A DNA stretch of 33,494 nucleotides, taken from positions 1-33,494 of IMG/VR virus record IMGVR_UViG_3300036779_000169. One strand, given 5' to 3'. Below, piece after piece: positions 17,775 through 25,007 of the stretch; the stretch's first letter is position 1, and each line of letters opens with the position of its first letter. The notes beneath the pieces are model-generated. The model saw nothing but the letters and a program-made list of their open reading frames with translations. It did not search any database and was not told the DNA's origin. The position numbers and the translations under genes were made by a program. The stretch comes from a virus (lineage: Duplodnaviria > Caudoviricetes).

Positions 17775-17966
17775 TTACTCGGCGGCGGGCGGCGAACTTG
17801 GCAGCTCTGGGACAGGCCGAAACCCTTGGGCTTGGCCTAAACTCGGATCTGGCTGAGCTTGCGGGGGCTTGAGCTTGCGTCCGATGACTACGCTTTGGAT
17901 CTCGAGCAACGCATCGAGCTTGCCTTCAATCCTGTCTAGTTGCACTTTCAAGTCGATGAGGGTCAT
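17775..17966 (-). CDS. Small coiled-coil protein
   Basis: DLKVQLDRIEGKL; ATGA overlap. Confidence 0.65.
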   Translation of the reverse strand: MTLIDLKVQLDRIEGKLDALLEIQSVVIGRKLKPPQAQPDPSLGQAQGFRPVPELPSSPPAAE

Positions 17967-18364
17967 TTGCAGGCTCTGTTGATCATTTCGATGAGATCGC
18001 TCGCGCCTGCGCAGTCGGCCTCAGCTCGCGCGTTTGCGATCACCTTGCGCGCCGCAGCTAAGCCGCTCTTAGCGTAAGCCATCCCGGCAGCAAGTAACAC
18101 GTCCGGGCCCAGGTCGCCAAAGGTCCGGCCTAGGATTGGATGCTCTGCTTCCGGGTACAGCTCTAGGCAGCGCACTCTGGTCTCGTCGCTCAAGTAGCCA
18201 AGAGTGTAGCCAATGTTTAAGTTTACGAGCTTCCGGGCCTCCTCATGCAGCAGGCAGGGGTCTGCATCCAGCGCCTCAGTCACTAGGCGCGTAAAATAGA
18301 TGTCAGCCGCTTGCCTGTCCTGGGCTTCTACGGCCTCAAAATAAAGATTGGTCTTTGTGCTCAT
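17963..18364 (-). CDS. Hypothetical protein
   Basis: 133-aa ORF in a coupled operon. Confidence 0.7.
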   Translation of the reverse strand: MSTKTNLYFEAVEAQDRQAADIYFTRLVTEALDADPCLLHEEARKLVNLNIGYTLGYLSDETRVRCLELYPEAEHPILGRTFGDLGPDVLLAAGMAYAKSGLAAARKVIANARAEADCAGASDLIEMINRACK

Positions 18365-18370
18365 GGCTTT

Positions 18371-18553
18371 TCATCCGGCGGCTCGCAGGCTTTGATAAGA
18401 ACCCGGCGGCAGTTCCGCCTGTTGTTGTATCGGCTGGGGCGGGCCCTCTATGGCATCCTCTAAGCGCGCGAGCGCACCTTCTATCCGGTTTAACTGGGCC
18501 TTAAGATCGCTTAAGACATCGCTCAAGCTCGTCTCTTGGGTTTGCTTGCTCAT
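18371..18553 (-). CDS. Small coiled-coil protein (paralogue of 17775-17966)
   Basis: DLKAQLNRIEGAL. Confidence 0.65.
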   Translation of the reverse strand: MSKQTQETSLSDVLSDLKAQLNRIEGALARLEDAIEGPPQPIQQQAELPPGSYQSLRAAG

Positions 18554-18747
18554 TTCTTTAAAAACCGGTAAGTCTGGGCTGCTTCAGTACAGGTCTTGTT
18601 GTCGATGCAGTAACGCACGTTCTGGCTCAAGGTGCCAGCCGGTAAAGCGCGCTCCGCACTCAAGTCTGTGTGCACCACTCCAATCAAATGATCTGGGCGT
18701 TCGCGTTTACAGATGTGACAAGGCCAAGTTAAGAGTTCAGGGCTCAT
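18550..18747 (-). CDS. Small Cys-rich protein
   Basis: WPCHIC..RYCID..C. Confidence 0.65.
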   Translation of the reverse strand: MSPELLTWPCHICKRERPDHLIGVVHTDLSAERALPAGTLSQNVRYCIDNKTCTEAAQTYRFLKK

Positions 18748-18989
18748 TATTTTGCTGCCTGGGCTTTAGCGGGATTGAAGTCTCGAGTCAATACCAAGTT
18801 AGCCATTACCGGCTCACTCCACCGGCCTCGTGTTGGTTTGGGATCGCCGCTATGCCACAAGGCTGACTGACGGCAGGCCGGACATTGCACCATCGAATAA
18901 TTGCTGGGCCGGTGCAGAATCTCGCCGCAGTCGCAGAACACCACCAGCATGTTGATTCGCGGCGTCCAGTAAACGTTAATCAAGGTCAT
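18747..18989 (-). CDS. Small Zn-ribbon protein
   Basis: CDCG..CPAC. Confidence 0.65.
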   Translation of the reverse strand: MTLINVYWTPRINMLVVFCDCGEILHRPSNYSMVQCPACRQSALWHSGDPKPTRGRWSEPVMANLVLTRDFNPAKAQAAK

Positions 18990-19246
18990 TCAAGCTCGCA
19001 CGGCAAAGTTATTGAACGCGGATCATCCGGCCTGCCTGCGGTCGTCACCACTGCCGTGGTCGCGCATCGCGTGCAGCGCACCACGTAGTAACCGCAGCGT
19101 CTGGCCGGGTAAGGTAGAATCGCCTTGCACCTGGGGCTTAAGTTTTGCGAGTAGTCCAAGTCAATCCCAGCCGGATAATCCGGGTTAGGAGCACACTGCG
19201 GCTCCCGGCCTGAATCTATCCAATCAATGTCGAATTGTTCACTCAT
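18986..19246 (-). CDS. Small Cys-rich protein
   Basis: REPQCAPNPDYP..LPYPARRCG..CTRC..TTAGRPDDPRS. Confidence 0.7.
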   Translation of the reverse strand: MSEQFDIDWIDSGREPQCAPNPDYPAGIDLDYSQNLSPRCKAILPYPARRCGYYVVRCTRCATTAVVTTAGRPDDPRSITLPCELE

Positions 19247-19315
19247 GTTAGCATGCAGGGCCATTCGACGTAATACTCGTCGTCCCAGTCTGCATCGTCG
19301 TCTTGATTTATCAAT

Positions 19316-19344
19316 TTGACAATCATTTCTATCTGTGAGATCAT
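19316..19344 (+). promoter_or_regulatory. Promoter for the tRNA-like RNA
   Basis: TTGACA-17 nt-GATCAT with TG extension; predicted +1 near 19351. Confidence 0.6.
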
Positions 19345-19350
19345 TTCCTT

Positions 19351-19514
19351 GAGCCAGTAGTTTAAGTGGTGCCAAGACGGGGGAGACTGCGCAGCTCGGA
19401 GCGGCAAGTGGTGCTGATCACATCATAAAACGCTTCGAATCCTCCGACCGGCAACCCTGGTTAAAATGGTTGGGCGGAAGCCCTAAGATGGCGGTTCGAA
19501 TCCTCCCTGGCTCA
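19351..19514 (+). ncRNA. tRNA-like RNA (164 nt) with a ~110-nt domain in place of the anticodon arm
   Basis: Acceptor GAGCCAG/CTGGCTC plus A; TA; D arm GTTT-AAGTGGTGCCA-AGAC; T arm GGCGG-TTCGAAT-CCTCC. Confidence 0.75.
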
Positions 19515-19529
19515 CTTCTCTCTTAAATG

Positions 19530-19576
19530 GCCGCTCCCAGCCGCGCCTGCATGCGGGCACTAGGAGCGGCGCTTTC
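19530..19576. terminator. Hairpin downstream of the tRNA-like RNA
   Basis: GCCGCTCC..GGAGCGGC then GCTTT; lies between convergent transcripts. Confidence 0.45.
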
Positions 19577-19663
19577 GATCACTGGTTAGAAAGGAAGAGC
19601 CAAGGTAGGAGCCCTTCATCATTTGACCTTGAAAAGAACGACTGCAGGACAGCCCCTCTCTTC

Positions 19664-19876
19664 TCATTTCTCGGCAGATTTGTCATCCTCAATCCTCCAC
19701 TCGTTTAGATTCGTCCAGGGCTTTCCCAGCTGGTTAAAAGTGTACTGGCTGATCACCCAGCCTTTAACCCTGCGCCAATGCTTCCCGTGGATATTGCGCA
19801 TCTCAGCCTTAAGCTCTCCTAACGGCGTATTGCGCAGAGGATCGTCAACATCTAGGTCGAGCGGATTCCTCATCAT
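19664..19876 (-). CDS. Hypothetical protein
   Basis: 70-aa ORF. Confidence 0.55.
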   Translation of the reverse strand: MMRNPLDLDVDDPLRNTPLGELKAEMRNIHGKHWRRVKGWVISQYTFNQLGKPWTNLNEWRIEDDKSAEK

Positions 19877-19883
19877 AAAACGC

Positions 19884-20183
19884 CTAATTGCGTTGAATGC
19901 TCTTGGGCTGCACCGCCTCTATCACCTGCGCCGCCTGCGCCGCTGTTGTGACTAAGGCTACCATCATCACTTCCCGATCAATCCCCCACTGGCCTCTGAA
20001 TAGCGCCTGGGTCTGGTCCGGGCTCAATCCATCTTTAAACGCGGCCACCAGCGCCGACATCAATAACTCGAAGTCTCCGAAGTTGTCCCAGTCCTCCCGC
20101 ATCGGGGGCGAAAGCACCTTCTCTAATAGCCCGATTAAATGCCCGCGCTGTTCTGGGCTTAAGCGGAACTCTTCAACTGTCAT
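19884..20183 (-). CDS. Hypothetical protein
   Basis: MTVEEFRLSP.. overlapping the upstream stop. Confidence 0.65.
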   Translation of the reverse strand: MTVEEFRLSPEQRGHLIGLLEKVLSPPMREDWDNFGDFELLMSALVAAFKDGLSPDQTQALFRGQWGIDREVMMVALVTTAAQAAQVIEAVQPKSIQRN

Positions 20184-20424
20184 AGACGCTCTTTCCCCCG
20201 TCAAAGGCCTGGATGGCTTTGCCTAACCTCATGGCCGCGTCTTCCAGATGCCGGTAGCAAAGCGTGATATTCGCCGCCATCTCATCATAATTAGACTCTT
20301 TCTTGGCTTCCTCTTCCTCGCCAAAGACAGGGTGGCCGTGCGTGTCATTCACCTCTGCTGCTATTGTCTTGATCACTTTGCGCAGGTTTTTGCAGTGCGT
20401 TGGGAAATCGAGTGGTGCTGGCAT
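20173..20424 (-). CDS. Helical-hairpin protein, possibly Acb2/Tad1-like
   Basis: ANITLCYRHLEDAAMRLGKAI; CDS secure, function tentative. Confidence 0.5.
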   Translation of the reverse strand: MPAPLDFPTHCKNLRKVIKTIAAEVNDTHGHPVFGEEEEAKKESNYDEMAANITLCYRHLEDAAMRLGKAIQAFDGGKSVYDS

Positions 20425-20575
20425 TCTTGTAGCTTTCTAGGGCCATCAGGAGACGGCCATGGAGCGTTTGATAAGGCGTAAAAAAGTATTGGTCCGGCTG
20501 CTCACAAGCCAATTCCTCTAAGCTGTTTATCAGCTCCTCGATATCTTTTGCAAGCTTCTCGCCAAACTCAGTCAT
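20345..20575 (-). CDS. Hypothetical protein
   Basis: Helical ORF; long overlap with the next gene. Confidence 0.5.
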   Translation of the reverse strand: MTEFGEKLAKDIEELINSLEELACEQPDQYFFTPYQTLHGRLLMALESYKNASTTRFPNALQKPAQSDQDNSSRGE

Positions 20576-20762
20576 TGCGCGGATTGCCTCGTCTCAAAAT
20601 GTTGATTAACCGCAAAGTTTCCTCATCCAGATCCTGCCCCGCCTCATGCAGACAGGCTTCGCACCACCAACCTATCGGGTTAGGGTCACCCATGGGTTTA
20701 GCCCTAAATAGCGCGGGCTCTAATTCCCCACACTTGTCGCACCTCATGTTGCCTAGGCTCAC
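20568..20762 (-). CDS. Small Zn-finger protein
   Basis: CDKCG..WWCEAC. Confidence 0.65.
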   Translation of the reverse strand: MSLGNMRCDKCGELEPALFRAKPMGDPNPIGWWCEACLHEAGQDLDEETLRLINILRRGNPRND

Positions 20763-21013
20763 AAGTTCCCGCTTCGCTCATTGTCGGTCGGCTGCAGCTT
20801 CTGACTCGGATGCCGCTTATTGCCCCAGTACTCTTGATTAAAATGTTTGCCCAGGCTGGGCGCAGATAGAAACTTCTGATGATCCAGTGGGCTCACATTG
20901 TGATACCGGTACCGGCCACCAGATTTAAACGTCACCTCCAAAGCCTGATTGCCAGCATCATAACTTATTTGATGGATGTTACTCGAGCGCTTACTTGTGT
21001 CGGTTGTGATCAT
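20759..21013 (-). CDS. KTSC domain protein
   Basis: SSNIHQISYD..LEVTFKSGGRYRYHNVS..FLSAPSLGKHFN. Confidence 0.9.
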   Translation of the reverse strand: MITTDTSKRSSNIHQISYDAGNQALEVTFKSGGRYRYHNVSPLDHQKFLSAPSLGKHFNQEYWGNKRHPSQKLQPTDNERSGNL

Positions 21014-21594
21014 GGCGGTGCTCCTGGGGCCAGTTCCACTGGCAGGCTGTCCACTAGCCGGTTAATGGCTGGCAACTGGTTCTGGACCCAAACCAAGACA
21101 TTGCGCGGCTCACCACTGGGCCGTCGCTCGTCTGGCTCTGTGCCTGTCAATTTCGCGCGGCGCTCAATACACTTCAGGGTAACCGCCGCCGCTTTGTCGT
21201 CCCCGGCCTTGGCGGCGGGATAGAAGGTTTGTAAAAGCCCATCAATTCTGTCCAGATCCAATTGCCGATTTTGCTCCACGTTTTCCTTGAGATCCTCCGC
21301 GATGGCACTATGGGCCTCCTTAATTAGATGTTTGGCCGCTTCGACTGAAAGATTGAACTCGTGCGCTACTTCATAGATCGGCCTGCCCTGCAAACGCATA
21401 TCCCAGGCCTTGAGAGCGTCTAGGACACGTTGCGGGCCTAGCTCCGCTATCAAGTCACCTAAGTGCGGGGCGGGCGCGTCTGGGGCCAACGTGGAGGCCT
21501 CAGGCAGACGCATAGGAATAACCGTCCCCCGCTGCCGTTCTCGGGCTGCATTTAGTGCGTGCAAAACCGGATCGTTATCGGTAGGTTGGGGCAT
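21010..21594 (-). CDS. HTH protein, terminase small subunit-like
   Basis: HTH (MRLQGRPIYEVAHEFNLS) plus LDRIDGL..AKAGD.KAA..LKCIERRAKLTG. Confidence 0.6.
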   Translation of the reverse strand: MPQPTDNDPVLHALNAARERQRGTVIPMRLPEASTLAPDAPAPHLGDLIAELGPQRVLDALKAWDMRLQGRPIYEVAHEFNLSVEAAKHLIKEAHSAIAEDLKENVEQNRQLDLDRIDGLLQTFYPAAKAGDDKAAAVTLKCIERRAKLTGTEPDERRPSGEPRNVLVWVQNQLPAINRLVDSLPVELAPGAPP

Positions 21595-22024
21595 GCTTAC
21601 GACAACCCCAAGGAAATCAGCTCGAGGCGCACCTGTCAAGATTCGGGCCTTGCTTATAGATCCCTTTAAGTGCGCCGTATTCCCACTCGTGGTCGACTGG
21701 GCCGATCAGGCCGATATCCACAAGCTTCTGGATGCCGATCTCATTCGATGCGCGCCGGTGGCCGGTGACCACCTAATCTGGGTCGATGAATCCGCACTTC
21801 TTCGCGAGCCCTTTGTCTACCCGCAGTTTAAGATCCCAGGCGCGAATGGCAACTGTCCCTTGACCGGCTACGGCCTTCTGACCGGCGGTTGGACCTACCG
21901 GCACGTTGCCGACTGCAGTGTCTTTACTACGGCGCTGCCCATTATCTGGGAAGCACACTGGCCCCGGCGGATCAATCCTGACCAGTGTATCGATCAGCTG
22001 TTGCGGCTCTATTTTGACCGCTAG
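21593..22024 (+). CDS. Phage protein, DUF3846-like
   Basis: RALLIDP..LIWVDESALL..PLTGYGLLTG; start uncertain. Confidence 0.55.
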   Translation: MLTTTPRKSARGAPVKIRALLIDPFKCAVFPLVVDWADQADIHKLLDADLIRCAPVAGDHLIWVDESALLREPFVYPQFKIPGANGNCPLTGYGLLTGGWTYRHVADCSVFTTALPIIWEAHWPRRINPDQCIDQLLRLYFDR

Positions 22025-22056
22025 AATTAAGAATTCTTAGAGAAATTTGTTGATTT
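22023..22056. repeat. Dispersed 34-bp motif, copy 2
   Basis: AGAATTAAGAATTCTTAGAGAAATTTGTTGATTT. Confidence 0.85.
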
Positions 22057-22122
22057 TGAACACTTTACGATACGGAAAAAGCACGCTGCCGGAGGTATGA
22101 TTATAATAAGCGTACCTTTGAT

Positions 22123-22167
22123 TTGACAAGTGAGGATTCATAGACGACTGTCTAGGCCATGCAAGCA
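22123..22167 (+). promoter_or_regulatory. Repeated early-type promoter A with leaderless start
   Basis: TTGACA-17-GACTGT-CTAGGCC-ATGCAAGCA. Confidence 0.75.
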
Positions 22168-22530
22168 TCTATCCAAGAACAAGAAGATCGTGATTTCGAA
22201 GCCGGTGCGGCTAGCGAAGCCGAGAACTGCTATGCGGAAGCCAAACAGCTCGCCGTTCGCAACAACCATTTCCACCGAGCCTACAGCCTAGCCAAAGCCG
22301 GACATCATGTAGTGTGCGTCCCAGTGGATATCTATTGCCGAGCCACTGATGCCTTTGTGCAAGTCAATACCCGGATCGTCGCCGTATGCCAGAGCCGGAC
22401 ACGAGCTGAGGCCCTGGCGGCTACTCGTCCGGGCAGCGGCCAGGAAGGCGATTACGGCTACTTCGTATTCGAGGTCGAACGCCCAGTGGGCAGCACTCCG
22501 GTAGTGGTCGATGATAGCTGTCCCTTTTAA
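22159..22530 (+). CDS. Hypothetical protein (MQA start)
   Basis: Leaderless ORF after promoter A. Confidence 0.75.
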   Translation: MQASIQEQEDRDFEAGAASEAENCYAEAKQLAVRNNHFHRAYSLAKAGHHVVCVPVDIYCRATDAFVQVNTRIVAVCQSRTRAEALAATRPGSGQEGDYGYFVFEVERPVGSTPVVVDDSCPF

Positions 22531-22534
22531 AGTT

Positions 22535-22807
22535 ATGCGTTACGGATTCAAACTGAATGACCGTTGGGTTCGCTACGACACCACGAGCCTGTACCGGGGG
22601 CACGAGATCGGCCTCTTTGGCTATTACACCAAAGGCGAGCCGATCTGGATGGCGGCAGTTGACGGCGATACAGTTGGTTATCGCTCCACTGCCATCGCCG
22701 CAAGTGATATGGCTCAAAGGCGGATTGACGAACTGATTGCAAGGCAGCAGGTCCTGGCCCAGGTCGAAGTGCTCGAGGCTGCTATTCAGAAAGCCAAGGC
22801 AGAATGA
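22535..22807 (+). CDS. Hypothetical protein
   Basis: MRYGFKLNDRW.. Confidence 0.65.
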   Translation: MRYGFKLNDRWVRYDTTSLYRGHEIGLFGYYTKGEPIWMAAVDGDTVGYRSTAIAASDMAQRRIDELIARQQVLAQVEVLEAAIQKAKAE

Positions 22808-22980
22808 TTGAAATCACCAAAGAAGAGCTTGGGCTATTAAAGGAAGCGCTGACTAGCGGAATCAAGAATCTGCGGCGCTTTGTCGAGAACAATAAGCGGA
22901 TGGGCCACACTCCGTTGCCATCGACTCTTGCCAAGCTAAAGCGCTATGAGCAGATCGCGGCACGCATAAAGGATTTATGA
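22804..22980 (+). CDS. 58-aa hypothetical protein
   Basis: MIEITKEELGLLKEAL..; ATGA overlaps at both ends. Confidence 0.65.
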   Translation: MIEITKEELGLLKEALTSGIKNLRRFVENNKRMGHTPLPSTLAKLKRYEQIAARIKDL

Positions 22981-23216
22981 GTGACCCGCTTTTCCTAATC
23001 TGGAGTGAGGAACACGGCCAATGGTGGCGGGCGGGCAGCGCAGGCTATACCCGCTCAATTCTAGAGGCCGGACGCTACGCTTTCAAAGAGGCCATGGAGA
23101 TCACTAGCGACGCCAACCGGGGCGGCAAAACCAACGAAGTGGCCCTCTTTGCCATCGTTTTGACCGACTCTAGCGATGCCTCTAAAACGCGCCAGGATGC
23201 CCCAGGATCGTTATAA
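22977..23216 (+). CDS. Phage hypothetical protein
   Basis: LIWSEEHGQWWR..GYT..EAGRY. Confidence 0.7.
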   Translation: MSDPLFLIWSEEHGQWWRAGSAGYTRSILEAGRYAFKEAMEITSDANRGGKTNEVALFAIVLTDSSDASKTRQDAPGSL

Positions 23217-23359
23217 TTTGCCAAGGGTAGAATCTACTTACTTGGCACTCGGACGCGTCTAGCGCCAACCTCGTGCGTTTAAAGGCCATCCGCTTTTGGC
23301 CTTATTTTCTCAAAATTATAAGCGCTATATCCTTTCCAGAGTTTATCCGATCCCTCCTG

Positions 23360-23418
23360 AACGGAAATAGCATTTGACAAATCAAACGGGATAACCGAGG
23401 TTCTCAGCCATGCAAGCA
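23360..23418 (+). promoter_or_regulatory. Repeated promoter B with leaderless start
   Basis: AACGGAAATAGCAT-TTGACA-17-GAGGTT-CTCAGCC-ATGCAAGCA. Confidence 0.75.
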
Positions 23419-23649
23419 GAACGCAGCCTTAGTAACCTCCGCTACAACGCCCACGAGCAGCTCGACACGATGGCCTTCCGCCTGGAGGAAGAGATCAATC
23501 GCGAGACCGATGCCGACCGCAAGCATTGGCTCAAGCAGGCGCTCAAGAACGTCAAGACCTCCTCGACCTTCCTCTCCAAGGCCGCAGGCAACATCAACTG
23601 CGCCGACCGTATCTGGGAGGCGCGCAACCCAGCCAACGGAGGCAAATAA
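23410..23649 (+). CDS. Hypothetical protein (MQA start)
   Basis: Leaderless ORF after promoter B. Confidence 0.75.
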   Translation: MQAERSLSNLRYNAHEQLDTMAFRLEEEINRETDADRKHWLKQALKNVKTSSTFLSKAAGNINCADRIWEARNPANGGK

Positions 23650-23924
23650 TGAACCTCATCTCCACCTCGAGCCGCACCTATGCTGGGCGGCTGATTAAAG
23701 AAATCAAAGACGTCTGGATGAGCGGCGCAGGTGTCTATTACGACCGCACTGGCCACCAGTTTCCTTCCAATCCGCGCGTGAGTGCCATCCGGTACTCGAA
23801 GAAGTCCCACACGATCATCTGCCAGAGCAACCTGGGCCAGTTCAGCGTGTTGCCCAGCGAATGGGATGAGAGCTTCTGTGACGGTTACGGTCGCAACATC
23901 CACGCTTCCCGCCATCAGCCATGA
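23649..23924 (+). CDS. Hypothetical protein
   Basis: TAATG coupling; MNLISTSSRTYAG.. Confidence 0.65.
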   Translation: MNLISTSSRTYAGRLIKEIKDVWMSGAGVYYDRTGHQFPSNPRVSAIRYSKKSHTIICQSNLGQFSVLPSEWDESFCDGYGRNIHASRHQP

Positions 23925-24091
23925 GAACCCAACTAAATCGCTATCAGGTCCTGCTGGACGGCCAAGTCATCTACCGGAGCAAAGACCGGGAGTTAGCCCT
24001 GGTCTATTTCCGCAGCGCCTGCGAGCACAACCCTTACCGGCAGCTGCGCATGCTGGACACCCACACTGGAGAGTACGTCGAACGACCATGA
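23921..24091 (+). CDS. 56-aa hypothetical protein
   Basis: MRTQLNRYQVLLDGQVIY..; ATGA overlaps at both ends. Confidence 0.65.
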   Translation: MRTQLNRYQVLLDGQVIYRSKDRELALVYFRSACEHNPYRQLRMLDTHTGEYVERP

Positions 24092-24318
24092 GAATGCTCG
24101 ACCAATTGCACCGGAAACTGCGCCCAGGCGATCACGTCTTAGTAAATGACCCGCCTTTTAAAAACCCGCAGCCTGCCGTGATCGTGCACTGTTTTCATTA
24201 TAACGGCCTGTGCGTCAGATTTGCCGATGGCCGTCAACGCTATTTCTCCAGCCGCCAGGGCTTCGCGGACATCCTGGGCGCTGCCCGCAAGGTTGGGGAT
24301 GATTACATTCCGCTTTGA
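24088..24318 (+). CDS. Small SH3/KOW-like protein
   Basis: LRPGDHVLV..LCVRFADG. Confidence 0.6.
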   Translation: MRMLDQLHRKLRPGDHVLVNDPPFKNPQPAVIVHCFHYNGLCVRFADGRQRYFSSRQGFADILGAARKVGDDYIPL

Positions 24319-24319
24319 T

Positions 24320-24586
24320 ATGAGGCAAAGTGAACCGAAAGCCACTGTCCCAGATCTCTTTAGTTTAACTGCTCTAGAAGTACTCAGGTTGGTCTCCTCC
24401 AAGAGCCGAGACGCATCCGAATTCGGGACGCGTTTTGTGCTCTATATGACCTGGGTCACCAAGAACAACCGCAACAAGGAGGAGCAGGAATTCATGCAAG
24501 CCCTGCACAAGGCGCTCTTAGACACTTACGCCAAGCAATCATTTCGCCAGCACTTATTTAAAGTGCTCCAACAACCAATCGAATGA
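24320..24586 (+). CDS. Hypothetical protein
   Basis: MRQSEPK.. tightly packed. Confidence 0.6.
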   Translation: MRQSEPKATVPDLFSLTALEVLRLVSSKSRDASEFGTRFVLYMTWVTKNNRNKEEQEFMQALHKALLDTYAKQSFRQHLFKVLQQPIE

Positions 24587-24590
24587 ATCC

Positions 24591-24824
24591 ATGAAAACAC
24601 CACCGAAAACACCACCGAAAAAAATAGAGCTGCCGCTGACTGTGCTGGAAGCTAACGCACTGCTCCGCTTGATTGCAATCGCTAACGATTGCCCCAATTC
24701 CCTGCCCGCCGCTAAAGAGGATAAAGCGGCTGGCACCTGGGTAGCGGGTCGGATTCTACAAATCCTTAAGGCCGACTCTTTCTGGTCTTCTGCGTCAGCG
24801 AACCAAGTAACGGCTGATAAGTAA
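24591..24824 (+). CDS. Hypothetical protein
   Basis: 77-aa ORF. Confidence 0.65.
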   Translation: MKTPPKTPPKKIELPLTVLEANALLRLIAIANDCPNSLPAAKEDKAAGTWVAGRILQILKADSFWSSASANQVTADK

Positions 24825-24914
24825 ATGTTTGAGCGCCGCATGGCCCTGACTATCTGGCTCTTAATAATCGCGGGCTGGTTGGCTATCTTGGCTATTACGG
24901 TGCTCAGCTTCTAA
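24825..24914 (+). CDS. 29-aa single-TM peptide
   Basis: MFERRMALTIWLLIIAGWLAILAITVLSF directly after the upstream stop. Confidence 0.5.
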   Translation: MFERRMALTIWLLIIAGWLAILAITVLSF

Positions 24915-24957
24915 CGGAAATAGCATTTGACATATCAAATTAGATAGACGAGACTCT
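24913..24957 (+). promoter_or_regulatory. Repeated promoter C
   Basis: AACGGAAATAGCAT-TTGACA-17-GAGACT-CT; 20 bp identical to promoter B. Confidence 0.75.
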
Positions 24958-25007
24958 TTGCACGCCGGGAGAACCGGCTAACCCAAAAAAGAAAGCAAGC
25001 AACTCAG

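Noticed and set aside
19351-19514. tmRNA, ordinary tRNA, or group I intron-containing tRNA
   Set aside because: No G3-U70, a D-stem is present, it is too short for tmRNA, and there is no 7-nt anticodon loop. GAGACT..AAGAT faintly recalls P7 motifs but there is no room for P3-P6.
19529-19620. Theta/HDV-like ribozyme downstream of the tRNA-like RNA
   Set aside because: Folds as a simple hairpin; the L3, P1.1 and J4/2 core was not found.
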